A model generated the notes under the pieces. It made no database searches. It was not told where the DNA came from and was given only the letters and a program-made list of their open reading frames with translations. Made by a program: the position numbers and the translations under genes. DNA of 63,719 nucleotides, counting the filler. It is 8 parts of 8 records of this genome, joined end to end, with 100 filler letters (N's around TTAATTAATTAA, not from the genome) between each part and the next. Parts side by side here need not be neighbours in the genome. Positions count along the whole stretch, not along the records: positions 44,689 to 50,363 come from SRR31156797_14232; positions 50,464 to 57,811 come from SRR31156797_14239; positions 57,912 to 63,719 come from SRR31156797_14248; 5 more parts are not named here. The stretch is one strand, 5' to 3'. Of this stretch, positions 48,461-58,203 are shown in pieces. Numbering within the stretch: the stretch's first letter is position 1; every line of letters begins with the position of its first letter.

Positions 48461-49552
48461 ATGGCGAAAAAAGATAGCCCGCCACCAATACCGATTTACC
48501 AGAAATCAGGTGCAGAACCTGAAAGTGATGTAGATATTTTTTCGAGTTCCTTAGGAAGTACTGTCGGAGTATTTTTTCTTGTTGTTGCTTTTCTGCTCTT
48601 TCTTTCAGCTCACTCCCAAAACCAGAATTTTGCCTCTTTTACAGGTCTTTTTTCGATTAATTTCACTTCTATTGTTTTAGAGGCAATACCTTTCATGTTG
48701 ATTGGGACCCTTGTAGGAGGAGTCATTGAAGTCTTTGTTCCAACGCCACTCATTGACCGTTTCTTGGGGAAAAACAGAAAAAGTGGAGTTTTGCTGGCAG
48801 GTGGCCTGGGCTTGCTCTTTCCGACATGTGAGTGCGCAATAGTCCCTATTGTTCGTCGGCTTATAATTAAGGGTGTTTCAATTCCTTCTGCTGTTTGCTT
48901 TATGCTCAGTGGCCCGATTGTGAATGCTATCGTGGCCTGGTCTACAGCAATCGCCTACACCTACAACTGGAAAATGGTCCTACTAAGAATCAGCTGTGGC
49001 TATGGGGTTGCTGTCATAATTGGGTTACTGCTTACCCGTTTTTCCAATCCAGAGAAGCTTGTATTAGAAAATGTTGCAGAGCTGTCTCTTCGTCAATGCG
49101 GCTGCAGCGATGAAGAGTTTCAAAAACATCAACTTTTATCCAAATTTTTACATGCGATTGGACATGCACGAGATGACTTTTTAGAGGTAGGTAAGTATCT
49201 GGTTCTCGGGGCTTTTATAGCAGCTTTCATACGCACTGCCACTCCTGTTACGAACTTTGAGGCTTTGTCCGCCTCGCCGTGGTTGATGATTTTAGTCATG
49301 ATGGTGATGGCTATGGTTATGAATCTTTGCAGTGAAGCGGATGCATTTATTGCTGCAAGTTTCAGGTGGCTCATACCAGGTAGTGCTCAACTGGGATTCT
49401 TGGTGTTAGGCCCTATGCTGGACCTTAAGCTTATGCTGATGTACCTCACTGTTTTTCGCAAGCGAGCCATTATACTCTTTTCTGTTGTAACATTTGCTAC
49501 GGTCTACGCTCTAATGCTCATTATTGAATTCTTTCTACCTCCATTTGTCTGA
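48461..49552 (+). CDS. UPF0718/DUF318 (YcgR-like) permease
   Basis: EAIPF, FPTCECAIVP, NLCSEADAF and GPMLDLK motifs. ATG follows GAGG. Confidence 0.88.
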   Translation: MAKKDSPPPIPIYQKSGAEPESDVDIFSSSLGSTVGVFFLVVAFLLFLSAHSQNQNFASFTGLFSINFTSIVLEAIPFMLIGTLVGGVIEVFVPTPLIDRFLGKNRKSGVLLAGGLGLLFPTCECAIVPIVRRLIIKGVSIPSAVCFMLSGPIVNAIVAWSTAIAYTYNWKMVLLRISCGYGVAVIIGLLLTRFSNPEKLVLENVAELSLRQCGCSDEEFQKHQLLSKFLHAIGHARDDFLEVGKYLVLGAFIAAFIRTATPVTNFEALSASPWLMILVMMVMAMVMNLCSEADAFIAASFRWLIPGSAQLGFLVLGPMLDLKLMLMYLTVFRKRAIILFSVVTFATVYALMLIIEFFLPPFV

Positions 49553-50253
49553 TGATACTGAGGTCAATCAACATCATATTGCTCTCTGTATGGGCTATTT
49601 TCCTCTTCTGGCTCCTTACTTTTGGAAGGAGTGATTTAGTACGCTTACTCCATCCTAGATTATGGTGGGTACTCGGCATTGCTGCTGTTGTATTAGTGTT
49701 ATTTCTCGTTTCTCTCGTCATTCCTAACAGGCATGCTAAGAGGTATAAACCTATACTTATGGAGCTCCCAGGCATTTTGATCATGCTTGTCCCCATTCTG
49801 TATTTTTCCATTGCCGCAGAAGCAAGACTTGATGGGACTTCATTGCAAAACAGAATTATCCAAAGCGATAACGGCATGTACCTTAACAGCCTGCCATCTT
49901 TTAAAATATTTGATGAGACTCAGTCATCAGGCATGGTGTTTTCACAGATACTACGTAAGCCAAAGGACTTTGATGGGCAGCGGGTTGAAGTTGTGTGCCA
50001 GAGTTTTGTTAATGAGAAACTTCCTGAGAATATAGCAATGTGTTACCGCTATATGATTACCTGCTGTGCGGCCGATGCCCTTCCAGCGTTTATATTCCTC
50101 AGTCATACAAGCGAAATGGAAATTGAAAATGACCGCTGGGTACAGATAAACGGCCCACTTTCAATCATCAGAAACAATGGAATGGAGTTTCCATCTATTG
50201 AAATTGAAGCACTCGAATATGTTGAAGAACCGGCCTTTCCATGGGCGATGTAA
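49552..50253 (+). CDS. TIGR03943/DUF1980 (YcgQ-like) membrane protein
   Basis: Three N-terminal TM helices, RYMITCCAADA motif; coupled to the YcgR-like gene. Confidence 0.85.
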   Translation: MILRSINIILLSVWAIFLFWLLTFGRSDLVRLLHPRLWWVLGIAAVVLVLFLVSLVIPNRHAKRYKPILMELPGILIMLVPILYFSIAAEARLDGTSLQNRIIQSDNGMYLNSLPSFKIFDETQSSGMVFSQILRKPKDFDGQRVEVVCQSFVNEKLPENIAMCYRYMITCCAADALPAFIFLSHTSEMEIENDRWVQINGPLSIIRNNGMEFPSIEIEALEYVEEPAFPWAM

Positions 50254-50463
50254 AAGAAGGTGCCGACTCCATATTCCCTTGCATGTATACCGGAGCGCTG
50301 GTCCAACGATAAAACCCACTCAAGGAAACGTGAAGGCTCTGGCACATTTTCTTCACCGGAAAANNNNNNNNNNNNNNNNNNNNNNNNNNNNNNNNNNNNN
50401 NNNNNNNTTAATTAATTAANNNNNNNNNNNNNNNNNNNNNNNNNNNNNNNNNNNNNNNNNNNN

Positions 50464-51021
50464 AACATACCCTGAGTCATGGAACAATCTTTCCATGGAC
50501 CTTTTTGAAAAAAACCTTAAATGACCGGGGTGCTGCAATTCAGTCAGGGTTTTTCCCATCAAACCCAGAATGCGGTATACCCAAAACGCGGAATTGGCGG
50601 TCGATACGAATAAAAGGCCTCCAGGCTTCAAAACGCGGTGTATTTCCGTCATAAAAAAGTCTTGATCGGCCAGGTGTTCTATCACGTCAGAGGCGAAAAC
50701 CACGTCAAAAACGTTATCTTCGAATATCAGTCCTCCGGAAATATCATTAACTTCGCCCTTAAACCCCAGCCCGCAATATTGCTCAACCGCGACGGGCGAT
50801 ATGTCAATACCGGTAATCTCATAACCCTTGACCGCCAACTGCTCGCTGTTGAGACCCGTGCCGCATCCCACATCCAATAATTTCTTGCCCGGCCCTTCAG
50901 GCACAAGATCAATAAGAAATCTCTTGTAGGAACGCTCATACTCACGGGTTCGAGAGTATTTATCGTCGGAAATTTTTTGGGCCAGCGGCCTGGTTGAATT
51001 GTTTTCGGCATCCGGTTTCAT
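50464..51021 (-). CDS. Class I SAM-dependent methyltransferase (3'-truncated)
   Basis: LLDVGCGTG, DVIEHL and RVLKPGG motifs. Confidence 0.9.
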
Positions 51022-51758
51022 AGGCTGTCTCTTTTTTTAAGATATTTCCTGCATTCATCAATGTCGGGCCGGCAGGCTTCAATATAATGATAAAAACTCA
51101 AATGACGACACGGAAAAGGATATTGATCCGATTTCACTTCCCTGAAAAAATGTTTTACCAGTAAAATGATTTCCAGGGCATTATTTACATGCTCGTGGCG
51201 GACGCGCTCCATGTAGTCCAAACCGTAGCGGCGCTTAAACATGATCCCGGTCGTCATCCGCTGGGCCAGGCCCCATAAAATACCGCCCTCGCTCGGTATT
51301 CCGGCCTGGAAAAAGCCTTCCGCCTCCAAATGGAGCCCGGCCTTGGCCAGGCACAAAGGCAGATCCGTCAAATGTTCCAAAACCGCAATGGATATAATCC
51401 GGTCGTACAACTTACCCCGTGGGATTTCCGAAATATCATTATAAAAATGTCGAATGCCTTCCGCCGCTTCCATGTCTTCATACAAGTTTCTGGTCGGCTC
51501 CACGACATCGTATGACTTGGCGCTTTTTTCGTAACAAACATGATTCAAGGTTCCGCCGCCGATCTCCAGGACAACCCCGCCCTGACGATCCGCGACTTTA
51601 CGATGCATCCAGCCTTCCAGGTTCTTTGAAGCCCTGGCCGCGACATTACCGCCGGATCTGTTCATTTTTTGAGCTTCCAGGGCAATGGCCTGCTGTTCCT
51701 TGCTCAGCGGCGGCCGGGTTTTGGGAAAAGCATCCAATATGGAATTAATGTCTTTCAT
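51018..51758 (-). CDS. Class I SAM-dependent methyltransferase-like protein
   Basis: VLEIGGGT and ISIAVLEHL motifs. Confidence 0.8.
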   Translation of the reverse strand: MKDINSILDAFPKTRPPLSKEQQAIALEAQKMNRSGGNVAARASKNLEGWMHRKVADRQGGVVLEIGGGTLNHVCYEKSAKSYDVVEPTRNLYEDMEAAEGIRHFYNDISEIPRGKLYDRIISIAVLEHLTDLPLCLAKAGLHLEAEGFFQAGIPSEGGILWGLAQRMTTGIMFKRRYGLDYMERVRHEHVNNALEIILLVKHFFREVKSDQYPFPCRHLSFYHYIEACRPDIDECRKYLKKRDSL

Positions 51759-51777
51759 ACTATATTCTATTTCAATA

Positions 51778-53106
51778 TTACGCTTCGGGGCGTCCGATTT
51801 TTCCGGCTTGAATCCTAACGAAACTGCCGCGGAACCCGGAAACAGCGGTAAGCAGCAAATAGTATAGAAACATGATAATGTTAAATCCCAGGTAACTGAA
51901 AGCCAAACCCTCTATCCCATCCGGGCGCGCCCATAACCAGAAAAATAAAAAACCTCCCGCGGGGACCAATAAAAGCAACGGATGCCAATCAAGGCCCCGG
52001 GCGAACTGAACCATTATCATCAACCGGATCAGGGCCAGGGGCACGGCCGACCAGGCCGCCGCGGCCATAATGCTGAATTGGCACTTTTCAACCGATATGA
52101 TGATCGGGCAAACATACTCTTTTAACACTATCAAGGCCAGAACCATTAAAACGGATAATGAACCTGTCAGAAAAGCTCCCCTCAATACGATGCCGGCTTT
52201 TAATCGCCGGTCGGACTGGGGATTGGCGATCATTGGAAAAAACACCTGCAGCACCGGCATCAGAAGCATTAAAAAAGCCTTGGGCAGTATGCAATATTTC
52301 GAATAGATTCCCAAATCAACCCTGTCCAGGGTGAAATAGGCCAGTATGACGTCCATGTAGGTCATGGCGACAAAAAGTCCATACCCGGCCATGAATAACG
52401 GCATTTTACGGAAAACCAGGGGCTCGGACTTTATTTCACCTGCGTGCGATTCCGTTTTTTTTCTGATTTTCGGATAAAAAATCAAGAAGACAACGGCCGT
52501 GGCCAGGGCCATTCCGACCAGCCCGGGCCAGACCTTTTCCGTAGACCATATTCCCGCAAGAACAAAAACAAATCTCAGGGTCATCCAGGTCAGGCCTGTC
52601 AGGCCGAACCATATGAACATGTGAAGACCCTGGAACGTTGTTCTCACGGTTTCGGTAATGTAGGTAAGATATGAACAAAAAACTATTAATAATATAATTT
52701 CCAGCGATTCCACCTTTATGGAAAACGCAGTAAACAAGGCCAGAACCGGGCTTAACACCGCCCCCCATTTTAAAATTATCACGATCAGGGATTTAAAATC
52801 GGCCCCCACTGCTTCCGGTCCGTGCAAGGCCAGATTTTGCGTCATGTGCCTGGCTGCGAAAAGGCCGATAAAAATCCCGGGCGCGGTCAGAACGTTTATT
52901 GACGACAAGGCTGTGTAAAAGATGCCGAAAGCGGGGACGGATATTATTTTATTTACTATCAGCAATAATCCAAGGTTGAGAAAATACCCCGGGACTGTCA
53001 GGCAAAAAACCAGTAGAGATCTGCGTATTACCGAATTCTCTATCTGGAAGATCTTGTGACGCTGAAAATTCCGCACGGAATCGGCCTTGTTGATAGTTTT
53101 AAGCAT
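51778..53106 (-). CDS. Wzx-like oligosaccharide flippase
   Basis: About 12 hydrophobic segments, MDVIL..F...LGIYS and FFPMI motifs; glycan-cluster context. Confidence 0.8.
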   Translation of the reverse strand: MLKTINKADSVRNFQRHKIFQIENSVIRRSLLVFCLTVPGYFLNLGLLLIVNKIISVPAFGIFYTALSSINVLTAPGIFIGLFAARHMTQNLALHGPEAVGADFKSLIVIILKWGAVLSPVLALFTAFSIKVESLEIILLIVFCSYLTYITETVRTTFQGLHMFIWFGLTGLTWMTLRFVFVLAGIWSTEKVWPGLVGMALATAVVFLIFYPKIRKKTESHAGEIKSEPLVFRKMPLFMAGYGLFVAMTYMDVILAYFTLDRVDLGIYSKYCILPKAFLMLLMPVLQVFFPMIANPQSDRRLKAGIVLRGAFLTGSLSVLMVLALIVLKEYVCPIIISVEKCQFSIMAAAAWSAVPLALIRLMIMVQFARGLDWHPLLLLVPAGGFLFFWLWARPDGIEGLAFSYLGFNIIMFLYYLLLTAVSGFRGSFVRIQAGKIGRPEA

Positions 53107-53138
53107 AAAACCTTTAATGCAGTTTTAAAACCGTTTTA

Positions 53139-53933
53139 CTATTCCTTACTGTCATTATCATAATCAATGGTTCCCATGTCCTGCCTGGACCACATGTGAT
53201 AATGAATGGATGAATTCAGTGGATATTTCCGCATTTCCCGCTTCAGCCTGGTAATGTCCACAAGGTTGCGGTAGATCTTGGTCAGCATCAGGTTGCGCTG
53301 CCGTCGTTCCTCGACTATGGGCACGGGAACTTCAGCTATTTTCATACCCTGGCGCTGAGCCTTCAATGTGAACTCGGTGTCGAACTGCCCCCTGCGCATT
53401 ACACATTGTTTGAACACGGGTTTCATGGTTTCCAGCTTGAGCAGCTTTTGACCGTGCGTATCCGTTCCGAAAAATCCAAAAAGAAGATGAAGGATTGAAT
53501 TGAGGCCCCAACTAAGGGTCCGACGATACTTGGGCTGCCGGTTTAAGGTGGGGTCGGCTCTTTTGGATCCGATTATGATGTCATAACGCAGGCGGGCGCT
53601 CCAGGCCCATTTAATAAACAAGGGATCCCAGAAGTCAACATTGATAATCCAGGCATAATCGCCGTCGGCCTTCATCAGCCCGTGGTACAACGCTTCTCCA
53701 TAATCGGGCCTGGCCAGCCTGACGCTTATGGATGTGGGCCATTCATTTTTAATTTCGTTTATTATACTGGGAGTTTGATCGGTGCTCCCGTTATCGACCA
53801 TCACAAACTGCCAGCAGCCCTGGCCCGCGGCCCGGTCCAGATGACCGGCCAGCCCACGGGCCATATCCATGAGTGAATTTTCTTCATTAAAAATCGGTAC
53901 AATGACCGATAACTGAACAACAGGTTTTTCCAT
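53139..53933 (-). CDS. GT2 glycosyltransferase (Dpm1-like)
   Basis: SVIVPIFNEE, VDNGSTD, DTHG.K and FDTE motifs. Confidence 0.88.
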   Translation of the reverse strand: MEKPVVQLSVIVPIFNEENSLMDMARGLAGHLDRAAGQGCWQFVMVDNGSTDQTPSIINEIKNEWPTSISVRLARPDYGEALYHGLMKADGDYAWIINVDFWDPLFIKWAWSARLRYDIIIGSKRADPTLNRQPKYRRTLSWGLNSILHLLFGFFGTDTHGQKLLKLETMKPVFKQCVMRRGQFDTEFTLKAQRQGMKIAEVPVPIVEERRQRNLMLTKIYRNLVDITRLKREMRKYPLNSSIHYHMWSRQDMGTIDYDNDSKE

Positions 53934-53986
53934 AATCAAGGACCTAAAAGTCGATCTAAAGTCAGCCTTGCTCAATAAATAAGGCG

Positions 53987-54970
53987 TTAATCAAGGGTTC
54001 CCAAAAAATATTCTATAGTTTTTCTTATCCCGCTTTCCAAATCCTGTTTCGGCGACCAGCCCAATAACTTTCCAGCTTTGGATGTATCCGAATAATTTCG
54101 CAACACGTCCCCTACCCGGGGCTCGGTATGAACCAGCTTCATACCGATTCCATATTCCAGTAAAAGCTTCTTTATAATAGCAGCTGCTTCGTTAACCGTG
54201 TGTTCCCTGTTTGTGGCGATTTGAAAAATTTCGCCGCCTTGCCTGTATTGTGAAGACAATATAACCGCCTCGACCAGATCATCAATATAAATGAAATCCC
54301 TGGTCTGGCTGCCGTCTCCATATATCCGGCAGACCTCGCCGGCCGCCGCCTGCTTGATGAATTTAGCCACAACGCTGGATTTCTTTTTTGATCCCGGGCC
54401 GTACACATTTCCGAAACGCAGCACTACCGTCCGCAATCCGTAAGATCTGTAATAGGCTGAACAATAACCCTCGCCGGCCAGTTTGCTCGCCCCGTAGGGG
54501 CTGACCGGATGAGGGGCGATTTCCTCGTGTATGGGCGGGGTTGTTTCTCCGACCGGGGCGCCGGATGAAGCGAAAACAAAGCTTTTCACTCCATGGAGCC
54601 GTGAAGCTTCCAGAAGATTGAATGTACCGATTACATTCGCTTCCATATCCGCACGCGGGTCTTCAACCGACGGGCCTACGCCGGTGTTCGCAGCCAGATG
54701 AACGATGCAGTCGGCGCCGCGGGCCGCGCACAGGTCCGCATCCTTATCCCGAATATCCCCTATAAGCAGTTGCACGCCTGTCCATCCGGGCGCGGCGTCC
54801 CCTTGTTCAATTTCTACAAAATCAGCGATTTCCCCAAGGTCTTCCCGCGTTCCAACCGAAAGGTCGTCCAGTAGGCGGATGTTGGTTTCAGGGGATTCGG
54901 CGAGCAACCGCCGGATGATGTTGGTTCCGATAAATCCGCAGCCGCCGGTTATCAACCATCTCATTTCCAT
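53987..54970 (-). CDS. NAD-dependent nucleotide-sugar epimerase/dehydratase
   Basis: TGGCGFIG, HLAA, SPYGASK, RFGNVYGP and TRDFIY motifs. Confidence 0.93.
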   Translation of the reverse strand: MEMRWLITGGCGFIGTNIIRRLLAESPETNIRLLDDLSVGTREDLGEIADFVEIEQGDAAPGWTGVQLLIGDIRDKDADLCAARGADCIVHLAANTGVGPSVEDPRADMEANVIGTFNLLEASRLHGVKSFVFASSGAPVGETTPPIHEEIAPHPVSPYGASKLAGEGYCSAYYRSYGLRTVVLRFGNVYGPGSKKKSSVVAKFIKQAAAGEVCRIYGDGSQTRDFIYIDDLVEAVILSSQYRQGGEIFQIATNREHTVNEAAAIIKKLLLEYGIGMKLVHTEPRVGDVLRNYSDTSKAGKLLGWSPKQDLESGIRKTIEYFLGTLD

Positions 54971-56109
54971 GAAACCCCGCGGAATATCCGGCCTTCATCA
55001 ATATTGGCCTTATGCCTGATAACAAACTCGATCATCTCGGCCAGGACTTCATCCGTAAGGTAATTCGGCTCAAGTCCAAGCTCCAAAAGGCCGGTATACT
55101 TGGGATTGTAGTAATGTTCCTCAGCTTCCGTCCTTGGATTTTTCACAGATTTTACTTCTACATCCAATCCGCACTGCCGGCCGACCCCGACCACCCGCTC
55201 GGCAAGTTCATTAACCGTGAAAGTCTCCGTTAATTGGTTGAAAATCCTTAGTTCGCCGCTATTGGCCGGATTTTCCAGCGAAAGCCGGACGCAATTAAGC
55301 GTGTCTTTAATATTCAAATATCCCCGGGTCTGGCCGCCTTTACCATAAACAGTCAACGGATAGCCCGCCGCGGCCTGGACCACGAACCGGTTCAGCACGG
55401 TTCCAAAAATTTCATCATAATTAAAAAAAGGCAGTAGCGATTCGCGCCCCGCGTTTTCATCCGTAAACAAACCGTAAACCGGTCCCTGCATCAGGTCCGT
55501 AACCCTTAGATCCCAGGTCCTGACATAAAACCACAACAGGTCCGTATCCATTATTTTAGTGGTATGATAAAGGCTGCCCGCCTGCCTGGGATATAGAAAA
55601 ACATCCCGGCGCCCCTTGTGTTCGATATCCAGCCAGCCTTCCTCAATATCAATATTCGGCACGCCGTATTCACCCATCGTCCCTATTTTGACAATATGCG
55701 CCTGTGGGCGGAATTCCCTTACCGCGAATATTACATTGGCGGTTACGCTTATATTATTGGATATGGTCAAGGACGCGGCCCGGCGATCCAGCATGGAATA
55801 GGGGGCCGAAGGCTGCTCCGCGTAATGAATCACCGCCTCCGGTTCAAAGGACTTGAAAACCTCGCTTATAAAATCCCACTCGCAAAGGTCGCCGATATAT
55901 ACTTCCGTTTCATAGCCGGACGCCTCACGCCAAATTGCGCAACGCTCGTGAAGGTTCGGCGCATCGAAAAGAGGCTCGCAGTTTAATTCCCGGAAAATCC
56001 GGCGCCTTAAATAATTGTCGACAACAGCAACCTCATGGCCTTTGGCGGTCAGATGCATGGCCGAGGGCCAACCCAAATAACCGTCTCCGCCCAATATCAA
56101 TATTTTCAT
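54961..56109 (-). CDS. sqdB: UDP-sulfoquinovose synthase (SqdB/SQD1/Agl3 family)
   Basis: GGDGYLGWP, AEQPSAPYSM, KIGTMGEYG, SLYHTTK, TDLMQGPVYG, TVYGKGGQTRG and NPRTEAEEHYY motifs. Confidence 0.9.
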   Translation of the reverse strand: MKILILGGDGYLGWPSAMHLTAKGHEVAVVDNYLRRRIFRELNCEPLFDAPNLHERCAIWREASGYETEVYIGDLCEWDFISEVFKSFEPEAVIHYAEQPSAPYSMLDRRAASLTISNNISVTANVIFAVREFRPQAHIVKIGTMGEYGVPNIDIEEGWLDIEHKGRRDVFLYPRQAGSLYHTTKIMDTDLLWFYVRTWDLRVTDLMQGPVYGLFTDENAGRESLLPFFNYDEIFGTVLNRFVVQAAAGYPLTVYGKGGQTRGYLNIKDTLNCVRLSLENPANSGELRIFNQLTETFTVNELAERVVGVGRQCGLDVEVKSVKNPRTEAEEHYYNPKYTGLLELGLEPNYLTDEVLAEMIEFVIRHKANIDEGRIFRGVSWK

Positions 56110-56132
56110 GGCTATGTCCTTACCGCTTCATT

Positions 56133-57272
56133 TTAAACGCCGTCCGGCCAATACCTTTCGGCCGGTTGGTATTCCTCCGCGGCTGCTTCTCGAAGAAGGT
56201 TGTTGCGCAGTAGAAATGACCGCAACTCATCAATGGATAATGGTTTTTGATTGGCTGAATTATAGGGGAGTTCAATGTCTCGGGCTATCTCATCCTGGTA
56301 GGAATATTCCACGCTGCGATGAATTGAAGTGTAGGCCGGCAGAACCACGAAATAGCGCTCCAATTCCACGGAACGCCTCATTTCCTCGACATTCATCAAC
56401 TCTTCGAACATTTTTTCACTGGGCTTGGCGCCGATAGTCCGTATCTCGATATTCTCCGGCCTGCGCCCATAATGGGCCGCCAACTCGTCAATCATCACCC
56501 TCGCCAGGTCCTTGATCCTTATCACGGGCATCTTGGTGATAAAAACCTCCCCGCCCCTGGCGAACGCCCCGCTTTCCAGAATCATGCGCACGGCTTCTTC
56601 GATGCTCATTATAAACCGGGTCATTTCAGGGTCGGTCAGCGTGACCGGGCCGCCTTTTCTTATCTGCTCCCGAAAAATCGGAATTACGGAACCCCTTGAT
56701 CCCAGCACATTCCCAAACCTTGTGGATGTAAACAATGGAAGCCGGCTGTTGCTGTTGCTGTTCGCCGCGGTCATCAGGCGTTCGCCCATCAGCTTGGACG
56801 TCCCCATTACATTGGTCGGGTTGACGGCTTTGTCCGAACTGGTGAATATCACCTTTTCAACCTTATTTTGAACGGCCGCGATTATAAGATTCTGAACCCC
56901 GATAATATTTGTCCGGACCGCTTCGAACGGGGTTCTCTCGCATAGGATGACATGCTTGAACGCAGCTGTGTGCAGCACTACATCCACGCCGGCCATTAGC
57001 CTCATCAGCTTGTCCTGGTCGCGAACGTCTCCCAGATAATACCGGGCATTGGCGTAACTGGAAAAACGCTGTTCGAGAAAAAAAAGCTCGCTTTCATTAT
57101 TATCAACGCAAACCAGTTCCCCTGCCGAATCGTTTTCAAGAAGCTGACGCACAAGCTCGCTGCCGACCGTCCCGCACGCTCCGGTCACTAAAACGCGTTT
57201 ACCGTCCAGATATTTCAGGCTCGTAATGGGCCGCTCTGTATTTTCACTGGAATCGTTGGGATTCTCTTCCAT
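56133..57272 (-). CDS. UDP-HexNAc 4,6-dehydratase (CapD/PseB-like)
   Basis: TGACGTVG, AAFKHV, SSDKAVNPTNVMGTSK, RFGNVLGSRGSV and MTRFIM motifs. Confidence 0.92.
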   Translation of the reverse strand: MEENPNDSSENTERPITSLKYLDGKRVLVTGACGTVGSELVRQLLENDSAGELVCVDNNESELFFLEQRFSSYANARYYLGDVRDQDKLMRLMAGVDVVLHTAAFKHVILCERTPFEAVRTNIIGVQNLIIAAVQNKVEKVIFTSSDKAVNPTNVMGTSKLMGERLMTAANSNSNSRLPLFTSTRFGNVLGSRGSVIPIFREQIRKGGPVTLTDPEMTRFIMSIEEAVRMILESGAFARGGEVFITKMPVIRIKDLARVMIDELAAHYGRRPENIEIRTIGAKPSEKMFEELMNVEEMRRSVELERYFVVLPAYTSIHRSVEYSYQDEIARDIELPYNSANQKPLSIDELRSFLLRNNLLREAAAEEYQPAERYWPDGV

Positions 57273-57627
57273 TTATCGCCCCCGTAAAAGGCCTGCATAG
57301 GAAATAGTTTTCCTTTTACATAATCAAGACCGTTCAAGTTTATACTGGCTCGCCGCCAAGGCTTTTGCAACCGCTCCGTATATTGCATCCGTATTATTTT
57401 TAATGCGGATTTATATATTTATCGCGAGGTCGAACCTTTGTCAATGTTTGCTGCCAAATCGGTTCCGGCCCAAATGTCCCATTGACGGCTCAATGTCTAA
57501 CCGCCATAATGAACTTCACATTCGCCGCCCGACTTAAGGGGCTGGTAAGCGATTTTATTTGAGGTCGTCTAAACCGGTTTGGCAATACTGTTTGGCCGCC
57601 CGGCCCATATTCAAGGAATATATTATA

Positions 57628-57811
57628 ATGAACATTCTTAACCATGGAGCAAGCAACCGAATTCCCAGAAGCGAACTGTGGATTGTATCTGAAGCAATTG
57701 TCCGCACCGGATTTGAAGATGATATTGACGGCTGCCTGGCCCTCAGAAAAAAAATGGGCATGGACCTTCTGGCCCTGCCCTTGTGCGAACATCGTCTCGC
57801 TCACCCCACAC
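57628..57811 (+). CDS. Start of a hypothetical protein (truncated)
   Basis: AAGGA RBS, ATG and an open frame (MNILNHGASNRIPRSELW...) to the contig end. Confidence 0.5.
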
Positions 57812-57911
57812 NNNNNNNNNNNNNNNNNNNNNNNNNNNNNNNNNNNNNNNNNNNNTTAATTAATTAANNNNNNNNNNNNNNNNNNNNNNNNNNNNNNNNN
57901 NNNNNNNNNNN

Positions 57912-58191
57912 CTTCGGCAGCCATTTTGCCGATCTCAGGTTTTCCTCCTGCTCCCTGACCTTTTGTAAGCTCTGGACCAAGCTGGATCATAACATTTGAT
58001 CTTGTTCCTTCCAGTGCCTGAACATCGGTATTGGCCGAAAGGATCTTAACATCGTTAAAAACTGTGTAGGAGTTATCACCTTCATTTTTCCTGTCCCTTT
58101 CCTCACACATCATTTCAACAGCATTACATCCACCGCCACCAACGCCGATAACACCGACCTTTACGATCGAATTGTTGCCTACAGATGCCAT
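57912..58191 (-). CDS. ftsZ: Cell division protein FtsZ, N-terminal part (truncated)
   Basis: VIGVGGGGCNAV, ANTDVQAL and TKGQGAGGKPEIG motifs. Confidence 0.95.
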
Positions 58192-58203
58192 TTACGCCTC
58201 CAT

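Noticed and set aside
50254-50363. Possible second mobile-element remnant after the YcgQ-like gene
   Set aside because: No convincing motif or terminal repeat in the 110 nt before the contig end.
7920-57911. Recurrent TTAATTAATTAA within N-runs as a biological repeat; functional links across linkers
   Set aside because: Artificial concatenation spacers. Adjacent segments differ in composition and gene-expression signals, so cross-junction synteny is meaningless.
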